Of a stretch of 64,000 nt of DNA, positions 39,787 through 51,080 are shown one piece after another (the first letter of the stretch is position 1; each line of letters opens with the position of its first letter). The stretch is from contig OZ240245.1 of assembly GCA_965198175.1 (NCBI GenBank), positions 2,656,001 through 2,720,000 of the forward strand, read 5' to 3'. The translations under genes and the position numbers were made by a program. The notes beneath the pieces were generated by a model. It was given only the letters and a program-made list of their open reading frames with translations, was not told where the DNA came from and made no database searches. This stretch comes from Candidatus Poribacteria bacterium. Lineage in GTDB: Bacteria > Poribacteria > WGA-4E > PCPOR2b.

Positions 39787-39898
39787 GTAGCGAGATTCAC
39801 CGTACCCGGATTGGGAAGTTGCAGCACGCTCAATTGAGAACAAGCTTGGAGTATCAAGGTTTTTCTTGTCGGATTTCACATGTTTGCACCATAATGCG

Positions 39899-41455
39899 CT
39901 AAGGGCGTGACAATCGGAGGTATTGCCTTTCCGCCATCCATAGCGTCACGAAAGCGATTGCAGTCGATATTAAAACCAAGCGATACGCGCTTGTCTCCCA
40001 CCCAATGTTAAAATAGTTGAAGATTGCCAAAGACAAGGTCTGCGTTTTCCCCGGTATATTTCCTGCCACCATCATTGTGGCACCGAACTCGCCAAGACTC
40101 TTAGAAAATGCAAGTATTCCACCGCCGACAATTCCGCGATACGATAAGGGCAGCGTCACGGTGAAAAACACCTTCAAAGGATGAGCCCCAAGTGTCCGCG
40201 CGGCGCTTTCCAGTTGCGGACTTACACCTTCCATTGCGGTCACAGCGCCGCGCACAAATAACGGAAATGAAATCAGAAAGAGCGCGAGTACAACCGCGAC
40301 CCACGAGAAGACGATTTCAAGTCCAAAAAGTCGGAATAAGATGCTTCCAACCGGTCCCTCCTTGCTAAAAAGGAGTAATAAAAAATACCCGCTCACAACT
40401 GGCGGCAGCACTAGGGGTAACATTACAATCGTATTGAGAAGTGATTTTCCCCGGAACGAGTTCTTTGCGAGCAACCAGCTAACGAACAGCCCAGGCGGGA
40501 GGATAAAAATCAGACTCAAAAAGGCTACTTTGACAGATAGAATCAGTGCTGCGACTTCTGCCCCTGTAAACATAAATAATCGTTCAGAAGCACGTTCCTC
40601 TACGCTTCTATCCAAACCGCCCGACACCTTCTGGCGGGATTGCACCACAGAAAATCCATAGAGTTCAAAGATTGCAGTGGCTTCTGATGTTCCCAGATAT
40701 GCGAGAAATTGCTGGGCAAATGCTTTATGTTTGGTCGCTTTCAGGACTACTGCAGGATACACTATCGGACTATGGCTCGAATTGGGAAATTGATAAATCA
40801 CCTTAACCAATTCGCTGATTGCTGCATCGGTTTTATAGACAATCCCCACATCTACTTCGCCAGATTCCACATACGCCAATGTTGCCCGAACATCTGCGCC
40901 GAAAACCAGCTTCTCTTGGACAACATCCCAAATTCCCAAACGCGTCAAGGCTTCTTTGCCGTAAATACCTGCGGGGACTGAATTCGGTTCACCGATAGCA
41001 ATTCGTCTTATCGTCGCCCCCACCAGTGTATGGGGATCGGAGAGGGAAGGTAAACCCTTCAAACGGGCAATCAATACCAGACTATTGGTCAATAGGTTTC
41101 GGCGTGTATCCCCATGAACCCGCCCTTCGCTTTGCAGGGCATCAACCTGCTTGGGGCTGGCGGAAATAAAAATATCGGCGGAGGCGCCTTTTTCAATCTG
41201 CTGCTGTAGGGTCGAAGAGCCCGCGAAATTGCAATAAACCCGATTTCCCGTCTCCGATTGAAAACGCTCATTAATTTCCGTGAGTGCATCCGTCAAGCTC
41301 ATTGCCCCAAAGATGATTAACTCATCTTGGCGGTTTGACTCTTGTGCCTTCATTTTCTGGAATGGGGATTCGGGATGGCTATCGTCCGAGCAACCCGCAA
41401 GGAAAAGCCAAATAAGATTCGGGATTATCAAGAATCCAAAGACGCGCGAATTCAT
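39899..41455 (-). CDS. modAB: Fused molybdate ABC transporter substrate-binding protein and permease (ModA-ModB)
   Basis: Lipobox LAGC. ModA: AMSLTDA, FAGSSTL..QIEKGA.ADIFISA, VPAGIY, GIVYKTD, IVYP. ModB: LPLVLPPVVSG, LESAARTLGA, LGEFGAT, GNIPGKTQTL. Confidence 0.9.
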   Translation of the reverse strand: MNSRVFGFLIIPNLIWLFLAGCSDDSHPESPFQKMKAQESNRQDELIIFGAMSLTDALTEINERFQSETGNRVYCNFAGSSTLQQQIEKGASADIFISASPKQVDALQSEGRVHGDTRRNLLTNSLVLIARLKGLPSLSDPHTLVGATIRRIAIGEPNSVPAGIYGKEALTRLGIWDVVQEKLVFGADVRATLAYVESGEVDVGIVYKTDAAISELVKVIYQFPNSSHSPIVYPAVVLKATKHKAFAQQFLAYLGTSEATAIFELYGFSVVQSRQKVSGGLDRSVEERASERLFMFTGAEVAALILSVKVAFLSLIFILPPGLFVSWLLAKNSFRGKSLLNTIVMLPLVLPPVVSGYFLLLLFSKEGPVGSILFRLFGLEIVFSWVAVVLALFLISFPLFVRGAVTAMEGVSPQLESAARTLGAHPLKVFFTVTLPLSYRGIVGGGILAFSKSLGEFGATMMVAGNIPGKTQTLSLAIFNYFNIGWETSAYRLVLISTAIAFVTLWMAERQYLRLSRP

Positions 41456-41865
41456 AGTGTTTTGTCCGCTGTGTGGAGTAGTGGAGGAAGGAACCGCTTT
41501 TATTCAACTTGGTCGCGAAGCTTTCTTATGTTGCCACCTTGAAACCGGAGGAAGGAATCCTACGGGGGTGATCTCCAATAGCATTCCCCGTTTGAAAATC
41601 GGTTATGGTCCAAAGCATACACGAAAACATTCACCTTGTCAATTCTGAAAAAGCATGATTGAACAGGTACGAACAGTTGTTGAGCCGTTTAATGATTTCC
41701 ACTCCTCAATCAGTAGTTGGACAGAGCAGCACTCTGTTTCTATTCTCCGGACTTTTCGCTTGCAGCCTATTGCAAGTTCTGGTAAACTTGCTTTGTTCAG
41801 TGTTGAGAGTAATTGGGAAAGTGACGTATCACCCATTCAATCAGTTCTTGAATAAGGCAGATTTA

Positions 41866-43539
41866 ATGAAACAGATTCTTGTATCCACCGCACTTCTCCT
41901 TGAGTTTCTGCTAATTGATGTCTCGTTGGTGCGGGCGCAACCTAGCGACACCTCGGCGTGGTGGCTGATTGTGAGCCCTACGACTGACAACCTTACCCAA
42001 AGTTATCTCGATTCACTCGTTGGCTTGTTGAACGACCGAGGTAAGGTGCCGCCAGGACAGATTTCCCGAATTGAGGGGGAAAAATGTACCCGCGATGGGA
42101 TTCAGGCAGACATTGGAAATATTGCTAACGAAATGCAAAAAGGAGACCGACTCATATTTTACTATCGGGGTTTTGTGACCAAACCGGAAAGATTAAATGC
42201 CATCTACTTTCTAACACATGGAGCAACGCCCGAGAGCTACACAAATGGATTTGAGATACGCCAATTGAATCGTTGGTTCCGGGAATCCTCCAGTGGCTCA
42301 ATGATTGTCATCCTTGACGGCTATACGAGCGATCGAAATTTGATGGCTTTTTACGCCAACCGCGAACCGCCAGGAGATGCAGCTTACGTGTCGATTCAGC
42401 CATCCGTAGCAAGTGCCAATCACGAGTTTACCAAAAATCTACTGGCGATGCTTCAAAAAGACACAGCCGATCTTGATGAGAATCGGCAGATCTACATTGG
42501 TGAACTCCACGAATACATCATTACGAACGCACCTCCTCAACCAGGAATCTTGGCGCCAACAGGGAACATTGAGGCAATCATCCTAAAATTAACCCCAATG
42601 CTCAGCATTGTGACAGTTCCCGAAGGCGCATCAATCTTCCTTAATGGAGAAGAGACTGGACTAACTCCTTATCACCTTGTTGACAATCTCGAGAATGAAA
42701 CATATGAAGTCGAAGTACGGAAGCCGGGGTATCTTATTCCGCCCGCTCAATCTGCCGAAGTTGATTTGGTTCAAGGTCAGGCAACTCATGTATCGTGGGA
42801 TTTAAAATCTATCGCCATTCATGGTGCCGTCAAGGCTTCCGATGGCAGTCCCCTTGAGGGAACTAGAGTGTGGGTCGATGGAACAGAATACGAGCAGAGT
42901 AAGCAGATTATCGGAGAGAATCAACGCTTTCGCCTTCCCGCTAATATCACCAATGTGTCTAGAGATAGCAGAGTTGACACAGGGGTGCTGGAGCCGAACC
43001 GGAAATACACCTTGCGTGCTGAGAGTGGTAATCTCTACCATGTAGAAACGAGCTTCACGCTACCTCGGCATGAATCCATTCGGCAAGATTTGACGCTTGA
43101 AAAAAAAACCTGGTTTGATGTTGCCCAGATGCGGTTTGATCGAGAAGAATATGAGGAGTCGATCGCCGCTTTCCAAAATGGTATTGAGGAGACCATCGAA
43201 TTCCCAGCGATGTCGCCGGCGTTTACACAGTCGCTTTTTGGTTCGTTCTCGGCAGCCATTGACGGAGAAGTCAATGGACTAAACATCGCCCACTTTGTCG
43301 CGACAGCGAGATTGGCAGATCGACTTGGTCTCCGAGAAAAATCCAAGATTTACTGGACGCACGTAAAATCAAAGACCGTGAGAGGAACGCACGAACACAA
43401 CCTAGCAACCGAGCGATTAAGAAAACTGAATATAGTCCGTTACCTGATTAACATCAGCATTCTCATTGTGTTGCTCGTCGTGGTAATATCTGGAGGTTAT
43501 ACCCTCCATAGACATCGCCGCAAGGCACGCAGGGGATAA
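41866..43539 (+). CDS. Membrane-anchored PEGA-domain protein with N-terminal caspase-like (likely inactive) domain
   Basis: Signal peptide; GDRLIFYYRGF and IVILDGY (caspase-fold positions); PEGA TVPEGASIFLNGEETGLTP..VRKPGY; C-terminal TM helix plus basic tail. Confidence 0.65.
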   Translation: MKQILVSTALLLEFLLIDVSLVRAQPSDTSAWWLIVSPTTDNLTQSYLDSLVGLLNDRGKVPPGQISRIEGEKCTRDGIQADIGNIANEMQKGDRLIFYYRGFVTKPERLNAIYFLTHGATPESYTNGFEIRQLNRWFRESSSGSMIVILDGYTSDRNLMAFYANREPPGDAAYVSIQPSVASANHEFTKNLLAMLQKDTADLDENRQIYIGELHEYIITNAPPQPGILAPTGNIEAIILKLTPMLSIVTVPEGASIFLNGEETGLTPYHLVDNLENETYEVEVRKPGYLIPPAQSAEVDLVQGQATHVSWDLKSIAIHGAVKASDGSPLEGTRVWVDGTEYEQSKQIIGENQRFRLPANITNVSRDSRVDTGVLEPNRKYTLRAESGNLYHVETSFTLPRHESIRQDLTLEKKTWFDVAQMRFDREEYEESIAAFQNGIEETIEFPAMSPAFTQSLFGSFSAAIDGEVNGLNIAHFVATARLADRLGLREKSKIYWTHVKSKTVRGTHEHNLATERLRKLNIVRYLINISILIVLLVVVISGGYTLHRHRRKARRG

Positions 43540-43809
43540 CATGATGTGCGTGCGTACTCAACTGTAAAGTTTTTAGAGCTACTTACATCCAAGTCCGTTA
43601 TAATTGAGTTGATACAGAAACGGTTCATTTTCCTCACACATTCCAAATTCATACCCACACTTTATGTTTCATCGTCTCGCCATCCTCCCCAATGTCCCTC
43701 CGATGGCATAACGCAGCGATGCCAAAAAATGCTTGAAAACAGTATGAGGCAATGATATAATAGCCTCAAGTTTAAAATAGCTAGCTCATTCTGGGAGGGC
43801 GGAAGAGTT

Positions 43810-46800
43810 GTGTTCCTGTTTAGTAAATTTCTCACGATCGTTTTAATCTTTACGTGGATAATTTATCCGGCGATTGCCGGAGAACGCGAGGAATATTCTT
43901 TCGCATACAACTTCTTCCAAAGGGAAGCCTACGGTATTGCAAAAGATCAGTTCAAAGCCTTCCTTCAAGAATATCCGGACAGTGAAAATGCGGACGATGC
44001 ACGCTTTCTGATGGGTGAATGCGCGCTGCGGCTCAAGGGATATGACGAAGCTATCCGATATTATAAGCAGCTTGAGATTGATTATCCGGACAGTCCCCTG
44101 CGTCTAGACGCCGTGTTTGGGGTTGCAACCGCTTGGTTTCGCCAAGGCAAATATGAAGAAGCGATTAAAGCCTTCGAAGAATTGATTGAAGAATCAAATG
44201 ATGACCAAGTTATCTCCCAAAGTCTCTATCTCATCGGAGAGTCTTACGATAACTTGGGTCTCTACCAGAAAGCGGGTGAATATTACGATCGGGTCCTCAC
44301 AAAATATCCTCAGTCGCCAAAAGCAGCAGATGCTCTCTATGCAACAGGCTGGAGCCTCTACCGCCTTAAGAAATATCAGGCAGCCTATGGCGTGTTTACC
44401 CGCTTCATCAAAACTTATTCAAATAACTACGCTGTTGTGGAGGCGTCTTACCGTGCTGCGGAATCGCTTTTCAAATTGGGAGCTTGGGCAAATGCCCAGA
44501 CGGAATACCAGAAATTTGTCGGTACCTACGGTAAAGATGAGAAACACCGGCAATTTGTTATAAACGCTCGATTCAGGCTGGGTGAGTGCTACTTTCAACA
44601 ACAGTTGATGGAGGAAGCCAAAGAGACGTTTCAACTTCTGCTTCAAGAGTATGGAACATCGCCCATTGCTGCGGAAGCGCAATATTGGATTGCTGAAATT
44701 TTGTTGGAGGGGGAAAAATACCCTGAAGCCATTTATGAATATGGGAAAATTGTCAATCTGCATCCGAAAAGCGATGTTGTTGATGATGCCCAGTTTGGAA
44801 TTGCTACAGCCCATTTTCGGCAGGAGGACTATGTCAAAGCCCGGGCTCATTTCAACGTTGTTGCGGATAATCTGCGATCTGAACTTGCTAATGCAGCGCG
44901 TTTTCGCATCGGTGAGTGCTTTCGTTTACAACGTGAATTTAACTCGGCACTCCTCAACTATAAGAAGGTAGGCTCCAAATCGCCGTACGCGGATGATGCG
45001 CTTTACGGACTAGCAACAAGTGCGTTTGAACTGCAGGATTATTCCCAAGCCATTCGTACCTTCAATGAACTGCTTCAATCCTATGCCTCTAGTCCACTTA
45101 AACCGTACACGCTTCATCAACTCGGGCTTGCCTATTTTAATCAGGCGGAATACCAAAAAAGTGTGGAAGTTTTCGATCGTTTCTTCGAGGCGACACCTGG
45201 AGAAGAGCTAGAAACCGCCCCACTTGATGAAGCATTGTTCTGGAAGGCGCGCGCACTGTATGAACTCGGTAACTACTCGGAAGTAATTCAAACTTGTATG
45301 CAGCTGCTTCAACAGTTTCCGAACTCCCGTCAGTATGAAGCAGAATTCTTCATCGCCGAAAGCACCTATTGGAGCCAGCAAACCCTGAGCGGTTTTCAAT
45401 CTGCTCGGCAAAAATACCAAGACCTGCTGGATAAACAACCAGAGGGGAAATGGGCGGAGAAATGTCGTTACGGAATTGGCTGGACCTATTTCTCTGAAGC
45501 AACCTTCTCAAAGAATGTAGCGACAGGTGCCAAACATTACCAATCCGCCATCAACGCATGGGGCGCAGTTATTACAAATCACTCGACTGGAGAGTTCGCG
45601 GACCAAGCGCAGTATCACATCGGAGTTGCCTACATTAATCTCAAGCAATATAATGATGCGATTGACGCGTTCAATCAGCTAATTTCTCGCTATCCCGGCA
45701 GCAACTGGAGTGATGATGCTCGGTATCATATTGGGTGGGCGCTTTATAAACAAGAAAAATACCAAGAAGCCATTCTCTCCCTTGATGAGGTGCTCAAAAA
45801 GCATTCGGGCTCGCAGTTTGTTCCTAAAGCGATTTTTCGTATCGCCATGTCTTATTTTAAGCAGGGAAAATTCGCGAAAGCTATCGAAAATTATGAAAGG
45901 GTTGTTAATAAATTTCCCAATCCCATTCGCGAACCAGGTACCGAAAAGATGGTCGATCTCCGTCCGGAAGCTCAATACTACATCGCAGAGAGCTATCTGA
46001 GTCTTCGGAAATTTGCGGCGGCGACTGACGCATATGGCAAGGTGATTCAGCATTATCCAGCGAGTGAGTGGGCAGACGATGCACAGTATGGAGTTGCATT
46101 GGCATACGAGAATCTAGGGCAAAAAGAGAAAGCCATGCAAGCGTATCAAACGTTGATACAGAGATTCGCAAGTGGCGAGCTTGCTCCGGATGCCCAGATT
46201 AAAATTGCCGGCTTCTACTACCAAGATAAGGATTACACCCGCGCCATCGCCGAGTTTCAAGAAGCGATTAACCGGTATCCGAACACACCAGAAACATGGT
46301 TGGCTCAGTACAATATTGGAAAATCCTACATCGCCCTAGCTTCATATCGACAAGCGATTACGGCGTTTGAACGAGTTGATTCCAGAAGCGATATTGCCGC
46401 CACAGCGTTATACGAAATTGGCTATGCTTGGTACGACAATAATAATCCAGGCCGAAACCTCGGTAATGCTGTGAACGCGCTGCTCAGGGTAGCTCAAGAA
46501 TTTCCGAAAAATCCTGATGCACTGCGTGCTCTTTTGCTTGCCGGTAGGTGTTATCAGGAATTAGCGGACTGGGACAAGGCAGTTGGGGTATACCAGCAAA
46601 TTATAGAAAGCTATCCGCATTCGGAGGAGGCGCAATTAGGACAACTTGAGTTAGGACATACCTATCGCGCGCAGGGGAAATACCAAGTCGCAATTGCAGC
46701 CTATGATGTTATTCGCAAGGGGGGCACAGACGAATACTCTCTTGAGATTGTCATTGAAGCGATATTGTATTTAGCGGAAACCCAGACAAAGGAGGGGAAT

Positions 46801-47076
46801 CATGAGGATGGTGCAATTACCTATCTCCGCATTCCTCTGCTATACGAACAATACGATCGCCTGACTGCACTTGAGGCAACTGTTCGTGCTGCTAGTGCTT
46901 TCACGACAGCCGGTAAAATTTATATGGCGAAGGACACCTATGCAGATGCTATTAAACTCTATAAAGTCAACGCTTCAACGGTCCAGGACTCCAAGATCAG
47001 GAAAGATTGGGATAAGCTATACGACACTGCCAAGAAAAACCTCCAGCAACTTATCCACCGTATCGAGCAAGAATAA
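43810..47076 (+). CDS. Large periplasmic TPR protein (BamD/CpoB-type repeats)
   Basis: Signal peptide; many A.Y.IG...Y..A...F..LI..YP.S repeats. Confidence 0.9.
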   Translation: MFLFSKFLTIVLIFTWIIYPAIAGEREEYSFAYNFFQREAYGIAKDQFKAFLQEYPDSENADDARFLMGECALRLKGYDEAIRYYKQLEIDYPDSPLRLDAVFGVATAWFRQGKYEEAIKAFEELIEESNDDQVISQSLYLIGESYDNLGLYQKAGEYYDRVLTKYPQSPKAADALYATGWSLYRLKKYQAAYGVFTRFIKTYSNNYAVVEASYRAAESLFKLGAWANAQTEYQKFVGTYGKDEKHRQFVINARFRLGECYFQQQLMEEAKETFQLLLQEYGTSPIAAEAQYWIAEILLEGEKYPEAIYEYGKIVNLHPKSDVVDDAQFGIATAHFRQEDYVKARAHFNVVADNLRSELANAARFRIGECFRLQREFNSALLNYKKVGSKSPYADDALYGLATSAFELQDYSQAIRTFNELLQSYASSPLKPYTLHQLGLAYFNQAEYQKSVEVFDRFFEATPGEELETAPLDEALFWKARALYELGNYSEVIQTCMQLLQQFPNSRQYEAEFFIAESTYWSQQTLSGFQSARQKYQDLLDKQPEGKWAEKCRYGIGWTYFSEATFSKNVATGAKHYQSAINAWGAVITNHSTGEFADQAQYHIGVAYINLKQYNDAIDAFNQLISRYPGSNWSDDARYHIGWALYKQEKYQEAILSLDEVLKKHSGSQFVPKAIFRIAMSYFKQGKFAKAIENYERVVNKFPNPIREPGTEKMVDLRPEAQYYIAESYLSLRKFAAATDAYGKVIQHYPASEWADDAQYGVALAYENLGQKEKAMQAYQTLIQRFASGELAPDAQIKIAGFYYQDKDYTRAIAEFQEAINRYPNTPETWLAQYNIGKSYIALASYRQAITAFERVDSRSDIAATALYEIGYAWYDNNNPGRNLGNAVNALLRVAQEFPKNPDALRALLLAGRCYQELADWDKAVGVYQQIIESYPHSEEAQLGQLELGHTYRAQGKYQVAIAAYDVIRKGGTDEYSLEIVIEAILYLAETQTKEGNHEDGAITYLRIPLLYEQYDRLTALEATVRAASAFTTAGKIYMAKDTYADAIKLYKVNASTVQDSKIRKDWDKLYDTAKKNLQQLIHRIEQE

Positions 47077-47120
47077 GTAAAATCCGAGATTCCAAGACTA
47101 AGTCCGTATGAGAAAACTCT

Positions 47121-48827
47121 ATGCCCCGTTTGTTATTCACAATCTTCTGGGTTAGCCTTTTGGAAGTCGGGAGCCCATTTCTCTACGCCAAGGTGCCGCA
47201 GAAAGACCAAAACGTGATTTTGCCTCCTTCGGAAGAACAGTTGGAAGCGGATTTACCAGAAGTTATTCGAGCAAGAATCATTGATACAACGCGGATTGAA
47301 CTTGAGCCACGTAGTCGCTTTAGCGACCCATCAAAACCGAAATTGATTACCGCCTTGGGAATATATGCAAAGGAGCGCCTATGGAGTTTGCCGCCAATTT
47401 TGACGCCGCAAAAAGCTGTTGCACCAAACGTGTCTCAACTTAAAACCCACATAGTCAATTTCACGGCCTATCCAAGTTTCCCTGATTCGCTCTTTTATCG
47501 TGCACTTTTTGGAGGGCACTCCAACAGGACGCGGGGATTCCTTTACCTAGATGGAAAGCAGCTTGGTGACAAGCGTACAAAGAAACTGGGAGACTATAAC
47601 TTCAATAGCGTTCGTGGTGAATTGAGTTATCAACATCAAGATCACAGTGAGATTTCCCTTGATGTTGATCTCGATCTCAAAGACCTGAATTGGCTGTCAG
47701 CAGCGGACAATCAAGAAAAATTGCCGAAGGATTTATTATCCCTTCATTCCGAGCTAAACTGGAGGCAACAGGTTGCAGAAACTGCATGGACAACACTTAA
47801 CTTTGACGCGAGATCCTTGCATTTGACACATGACAATTCAGGTCAATCGGATAAAGGCATCGATCTCCGGTTAAATTTCGACGCAGAAATTCCCCTGCCT
47901 TTTCAGAACCCGATTCACACCGGTGACAAGGTAGATGTGAATCCAATTCATCTAGGCAGTCACATCGAATACTTTTCCGTAAAGGACAGATGGGACCACG
48001 AGAATTGGGCGGCAATTATTCGTTTATATGCTCGGGATGAGTTTACGCTTTTTGGACCGTTTGTTTTAAGCATGGGAGCAGAAGGAATCAATTATCGTGA
48101 ACAGGATGATAGCAGTGAAGATTTAACGCGATTGCAATTCAATCCGTACCTCGCAGTCACGACCAATTTGGGTAAGCGGTGGATTTTTCGCATGGAAGGT
48201 ATGCGGACCACGCATCAATCCAAATTATCATCGCTTTATTTTGAATCAGATTACATCAGTCTTAATCCATTTCTCCGTCCGGAAAAGACGTGGGGCGGGC
48301 AGGTATTGTTGAAATACCATCAAGGTAGAAAATTCGAGATTGGTCTCTCAGGCTTTGCAAAGCAGATTGATGATTTAGTTGTCCTTGAACAGGATAAGCA
48401 GATTGCGCTTACATGGGCGCCGACAAACATTGAAGCACAGATTTTTGGTGGACAACTCGATTGCTCCGCTCACATCACGAATCGCCTTGAGTTACAGTTG
48501 CAATACATCCATGAATTTCATCGCCCACAGCACGCGGAAAATATCGCCTACAGACCTGAAGATTTAGTGAATTTAGAGGTAGAATATCAGATTTCAACAG
48601 ATTTTCGGTTTAAACTAGGTGGGCAATTTCAGGGTCCTCGGTATGCGGAAACAGATGAAACTTTGGAACGCTATTTCTTGTTGAAGCCAAAGCTGAGTAA
48701 AACGATAGGGGTATACGTGGATGCGTTTATTAGTGGAACATTCGCAATTGGTGAGTATACCCTGCTCCACGAAGACTATACATTTTCACAGAATAACTTC
48801 GATTTTGGTGTAGAATTAAAATTCTAA
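47121..48827 (+). CDS. Outer-membrane beta-barrel, TonB-dependent-receptor-like (no clear plug)
   Basis: NPFLRPEK motif, alternating beta-strand pattern, C-terminal FDFGVELKF. Confidence 0.7.
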   Translation: MPRLLFTIFWVSLLEVGSPFLYAKVPQKDQNVILPPSEEQLEADLPEVIRARIIDTTRIELEPRSRFSDPSKPKLITALGIYAKERLWSLPPILTPQKAVAPNVSQLKTHIVNFTAYPSFPDSLFYRALFGGHSNRTRGFLYLDGKQLGDKRTKKLGDYNFNSVRGELSYQHQDHSEISLDVDLDLKDLNWLSAADNQEKLPKDLLSLHSELNWRQQVAETAWTTLNFDARSLHLTHDNSGQSDKGIDLRLNFDAEIPLPFQNPIHTGDKVDVNPIHLGSHIEYFSVKDRWDHENWAAIIRLYARDEFTLFGPFVLSMGAEGINYREQDDSSEDLTRLQFNPYLAVTTNLGKRWIFRMEGMRTTHQSKLSSLYFESDYISLNPFLRPEKTWGGQVLLKYHQGRKFEIGLSGFAKQIDDLVVLEQDKQIALTWAPTNIEAQIFGGQLDCSAHITNRLELQLQYIHEFHRPQHAENIAYRPEDLVNLEVEYQISTDFRFKLGGQFQGPRYAETDETLERYFLLKPKLSKTIGVYVDAFISGTFAIGEYTLLHEDYTFSQNNFDFGVELKF

Positions 48828-49019
48828 TAGGTAACATGTTCATGACTGCAAGAAAATCTATATCCATTGGAAATCAGATAGTTTCTGGCAGAGAAAACTC
48901 CTTGAACATCCAGAAATCATGACGCAAATAATGCGCTTGTGATAAATTGAAGAATACATTAGAGAAAGGTGAACCGTTGCCGCACCGTATTTCATTTATC
49001 CGCTTATGTCAATTTATCT

Positions 49020-49703
49020 ATGGACCAGATCGCTCATATAATTCTTTCGGGGTTAGGGCAATTAAGTGAGGGCGGACCTATTTTAATCCCTCTAGTCGCC
49101 TTTTCGCTTTGTTCGCATACAATTATCATGGAGCGCGCGTATCACCTACGCCGCAGACGGATTATCCCTTCACACTTCGTAACGCGCAGTATCTACCACG
49201 AGTTAGTCGAGGGAAATCCTGAAATTGCCATTAAGATGTGTGAGAAGAAACCTGGTCCATTGACTAATATTCTTCGAGCGGGTATTGAGCATCGGGATGC
49301 TGGGGAAGATACAATCAAACGGGTCATACGTATCGCAATTACTACGGAGAGGCGCATTTTAACACGATACCTTAACTTCTTGGGGCTCCTTGCTTCGGTT
49401 TCCTTGTATACTGGTTTACTTGGCACGGTCGTCGGCATGATATACTCTTTCGGCGCGTTATACGTCGGGAAACCAACGGACATTGCCGTTGGTATCTCAC
49501 AAGCCTTACTAACTACAGCAGCAGGGTTGGTTGTCGCTTTGCCTGCTTATGTGGCGAATGATTATTTTCGCAGCAAGTCCCAGAACTTCGTGACAGCGCT
49601 CGAAAGACATGGGATGTCATTAGTTCGCTTTCTTACTACCGAAGAGTACAAGCTATTCCAAGGCGAGTTTGAAGATATTCGGGATTACAAGGAGGATGGT
49701 TGA
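49020..49703 (+). CDS. MotA/TolQ/ExbB proton channel family protein
   Basis: GGPILIPL, GLLGTVVGMI, GISQALLTTAAGLVVALP. Confidence 0.9.
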   Translation: MDQIAHIILSGLGQLSEGGPILIPLVAFSLCSHTIIMERAYHLRRRRIIPSHFVTRSIYHELVEGNPEIAIKMCEKKPGPLTNILRAGIEHRDAGEDTIKRVIRIAITTERRILTRYLNFLGLLASVSLYTGLLGTVVGMIYSFGALYVGKPTDIAVGISQALLTTAAGLVVALPAYVANDYFRSKSQNFVTALERHGMSLVRFLTTEEYKLFQGEFEDIRDYKEDG

Positions 49704-50599
49704 TGGCAAGGAAGCGGGACGAAGTTGGGATGGTAGTATTTCTGACAATTGCGATTATTGAGCACATTATTTTTATTCTTGTTTTGGCAACAGTCGTTTA
49801 TACTGAACCCGTGGCAAAGCCTGATCGCCCAATAACAGTGGACATTATTACCAACGTACAACCGCAAGAAAAAAGCCTCGTGGAGGATAATCTTGTTGCA
49901 TCGCTCCCGGTGCAACGTCAGGTATATGATGAATTACCGCCGCTCCACTTTACGCATAACCGCCAAAGGTACCTGAACCCTTCACAATCTAAGGATGGAT
50001 TACCGGAGGTGTTCCAAAGACGGATAGCCGATCGAAATTCCGACCGATTTTCCTTGGAGGTTGCTCGTCCTCAAGGCAACAAGCGCGATTTAGTTGATAA
50101 TTCGCCAAATGCAATCGTTCGAGCAAAACCGCTTGTTAAAACGCCCGGATATCACGGACCTGAGCCCCGGAAGCTACCGGAGACAGATGGAGGAAAATAC
50201 AGAAGAGGAGAACGAGAACCAAATTCAATAGGGCGACTCCCCACAGGCAGCTTGGTAGATACCCGAATGAATCGGATAGCAGGCAGTGGAGAAGATGGAA
50301 ATATCCGTATTTCTGGTGAAGTTAGCGGACGGAAGTATCATTTGCCGCCTTCCATTCAGACAAAGGGCAAACAAGGTGGAAGTATTCAACTCAGTTTCAA
50401 GGTGAGGCCTGACGGAACCGTTGATAGCAACAGTATTCGTATTGAGTTAGGTCCAAAAACAACAGTTGGCGAGGTCCGATTGAAAAGAAAGGCAATACAA
50501 TATCTCGTAGCAATCCGATTTGCCGCCCTGCCTAAGACTGTACCGCAAGTTAATCAATCTGGAGAAATATTCATCAAATTTACAACCAAGGCGGGTTGA
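49700..50599 (+). CDS. TonB/TolA-like energy transducer
   Basis: N-terminal TM with His, Pro-rich linker, C-terminal G.IQLSFKVRPDGTV..A...RFAALP. Confidence 0.65.
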   Translation: MMARKRDEVGMVVFLTIAIIEHIIFILVLATVVYTEPVAKPDRPITVDIITNVQPQEKSLVEDNLVASLPVQRQVYDELPPLHFTHNRQRYLNPSQSKDGLPEVFQRRIADRNSDRFSLEVARPQGNKRDLVDNSPNAIVRAKPLVKTPGYHGPEPRKLPETDGGKYRRGEREPNSIGRLPTGSLVDTRMNRIAGSGEDGNIRISGEVSGRKYHLPPSIQTKGKQGGSIQLSFKVRPDGTVDSNSIRIELGPKTTVGEVRLKRKAIQYLVAIRFAALPKTVPQVNQSGEIFIKFTTKAG

Positions 50600-50792
50600 T
50601 AGGTTTTGCCGTAAGCTTTGTTAGTCTAAGGATTGTAAGGAGATTGACAACTCTTAATTGCTAAATTCGCAGTCATTCAGTGCGCTGATGGGCTTCTTGA
50701 CAATCCGTAAATTGGCAACCGTACAGTAAAATGGAAGTTTACATTCCGAAGCGCTGCTCAAGTAATCTTGATCGGATTTGCATATCAGTCGG

Positions 50793-50822
50793 AAATTTCT
50801 AGGTCTATAAACCTAGAAATTT
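50793..50822. repeat. Perfect 12-bp inverted repeat (REP-like or terminator)
   Basis: AAATTTCTAGGT-CTATAA-ACCTAGAAATTT; a similar-style hairpin lies at 54692-54723. Confidence 0.55.
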
Positions 50823-51080
50823 GTGAGATGAACCTAAATTCTTACAGACTTATTGGATTATCATGTACAAGTCGGAAACACTTGTCACGAATTGATGGAT
50901 AAATAACCCCTTCCTCAACGCTTTCCTGAATAGTGAGGGATCAAGCGAATGAATAGTGAGTGCCATAGTTTTTACAGGTTTAGAAGACTATCGCCCTCGT
51001 TATTCACTCGGTTGATCGCTAAGCGTGTAGAATGTTGATTCCTCATTTTGATAACTATACAATACAAAAGGAGAAACAAA

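Noticed and set aside
41456..41640. Moco/Tuco riboswitch upstream of modAB
   Set aside because: Only a vague CCTCC...AAGG resemblance; core consensus not recognisable. An Rfam scan would decide.
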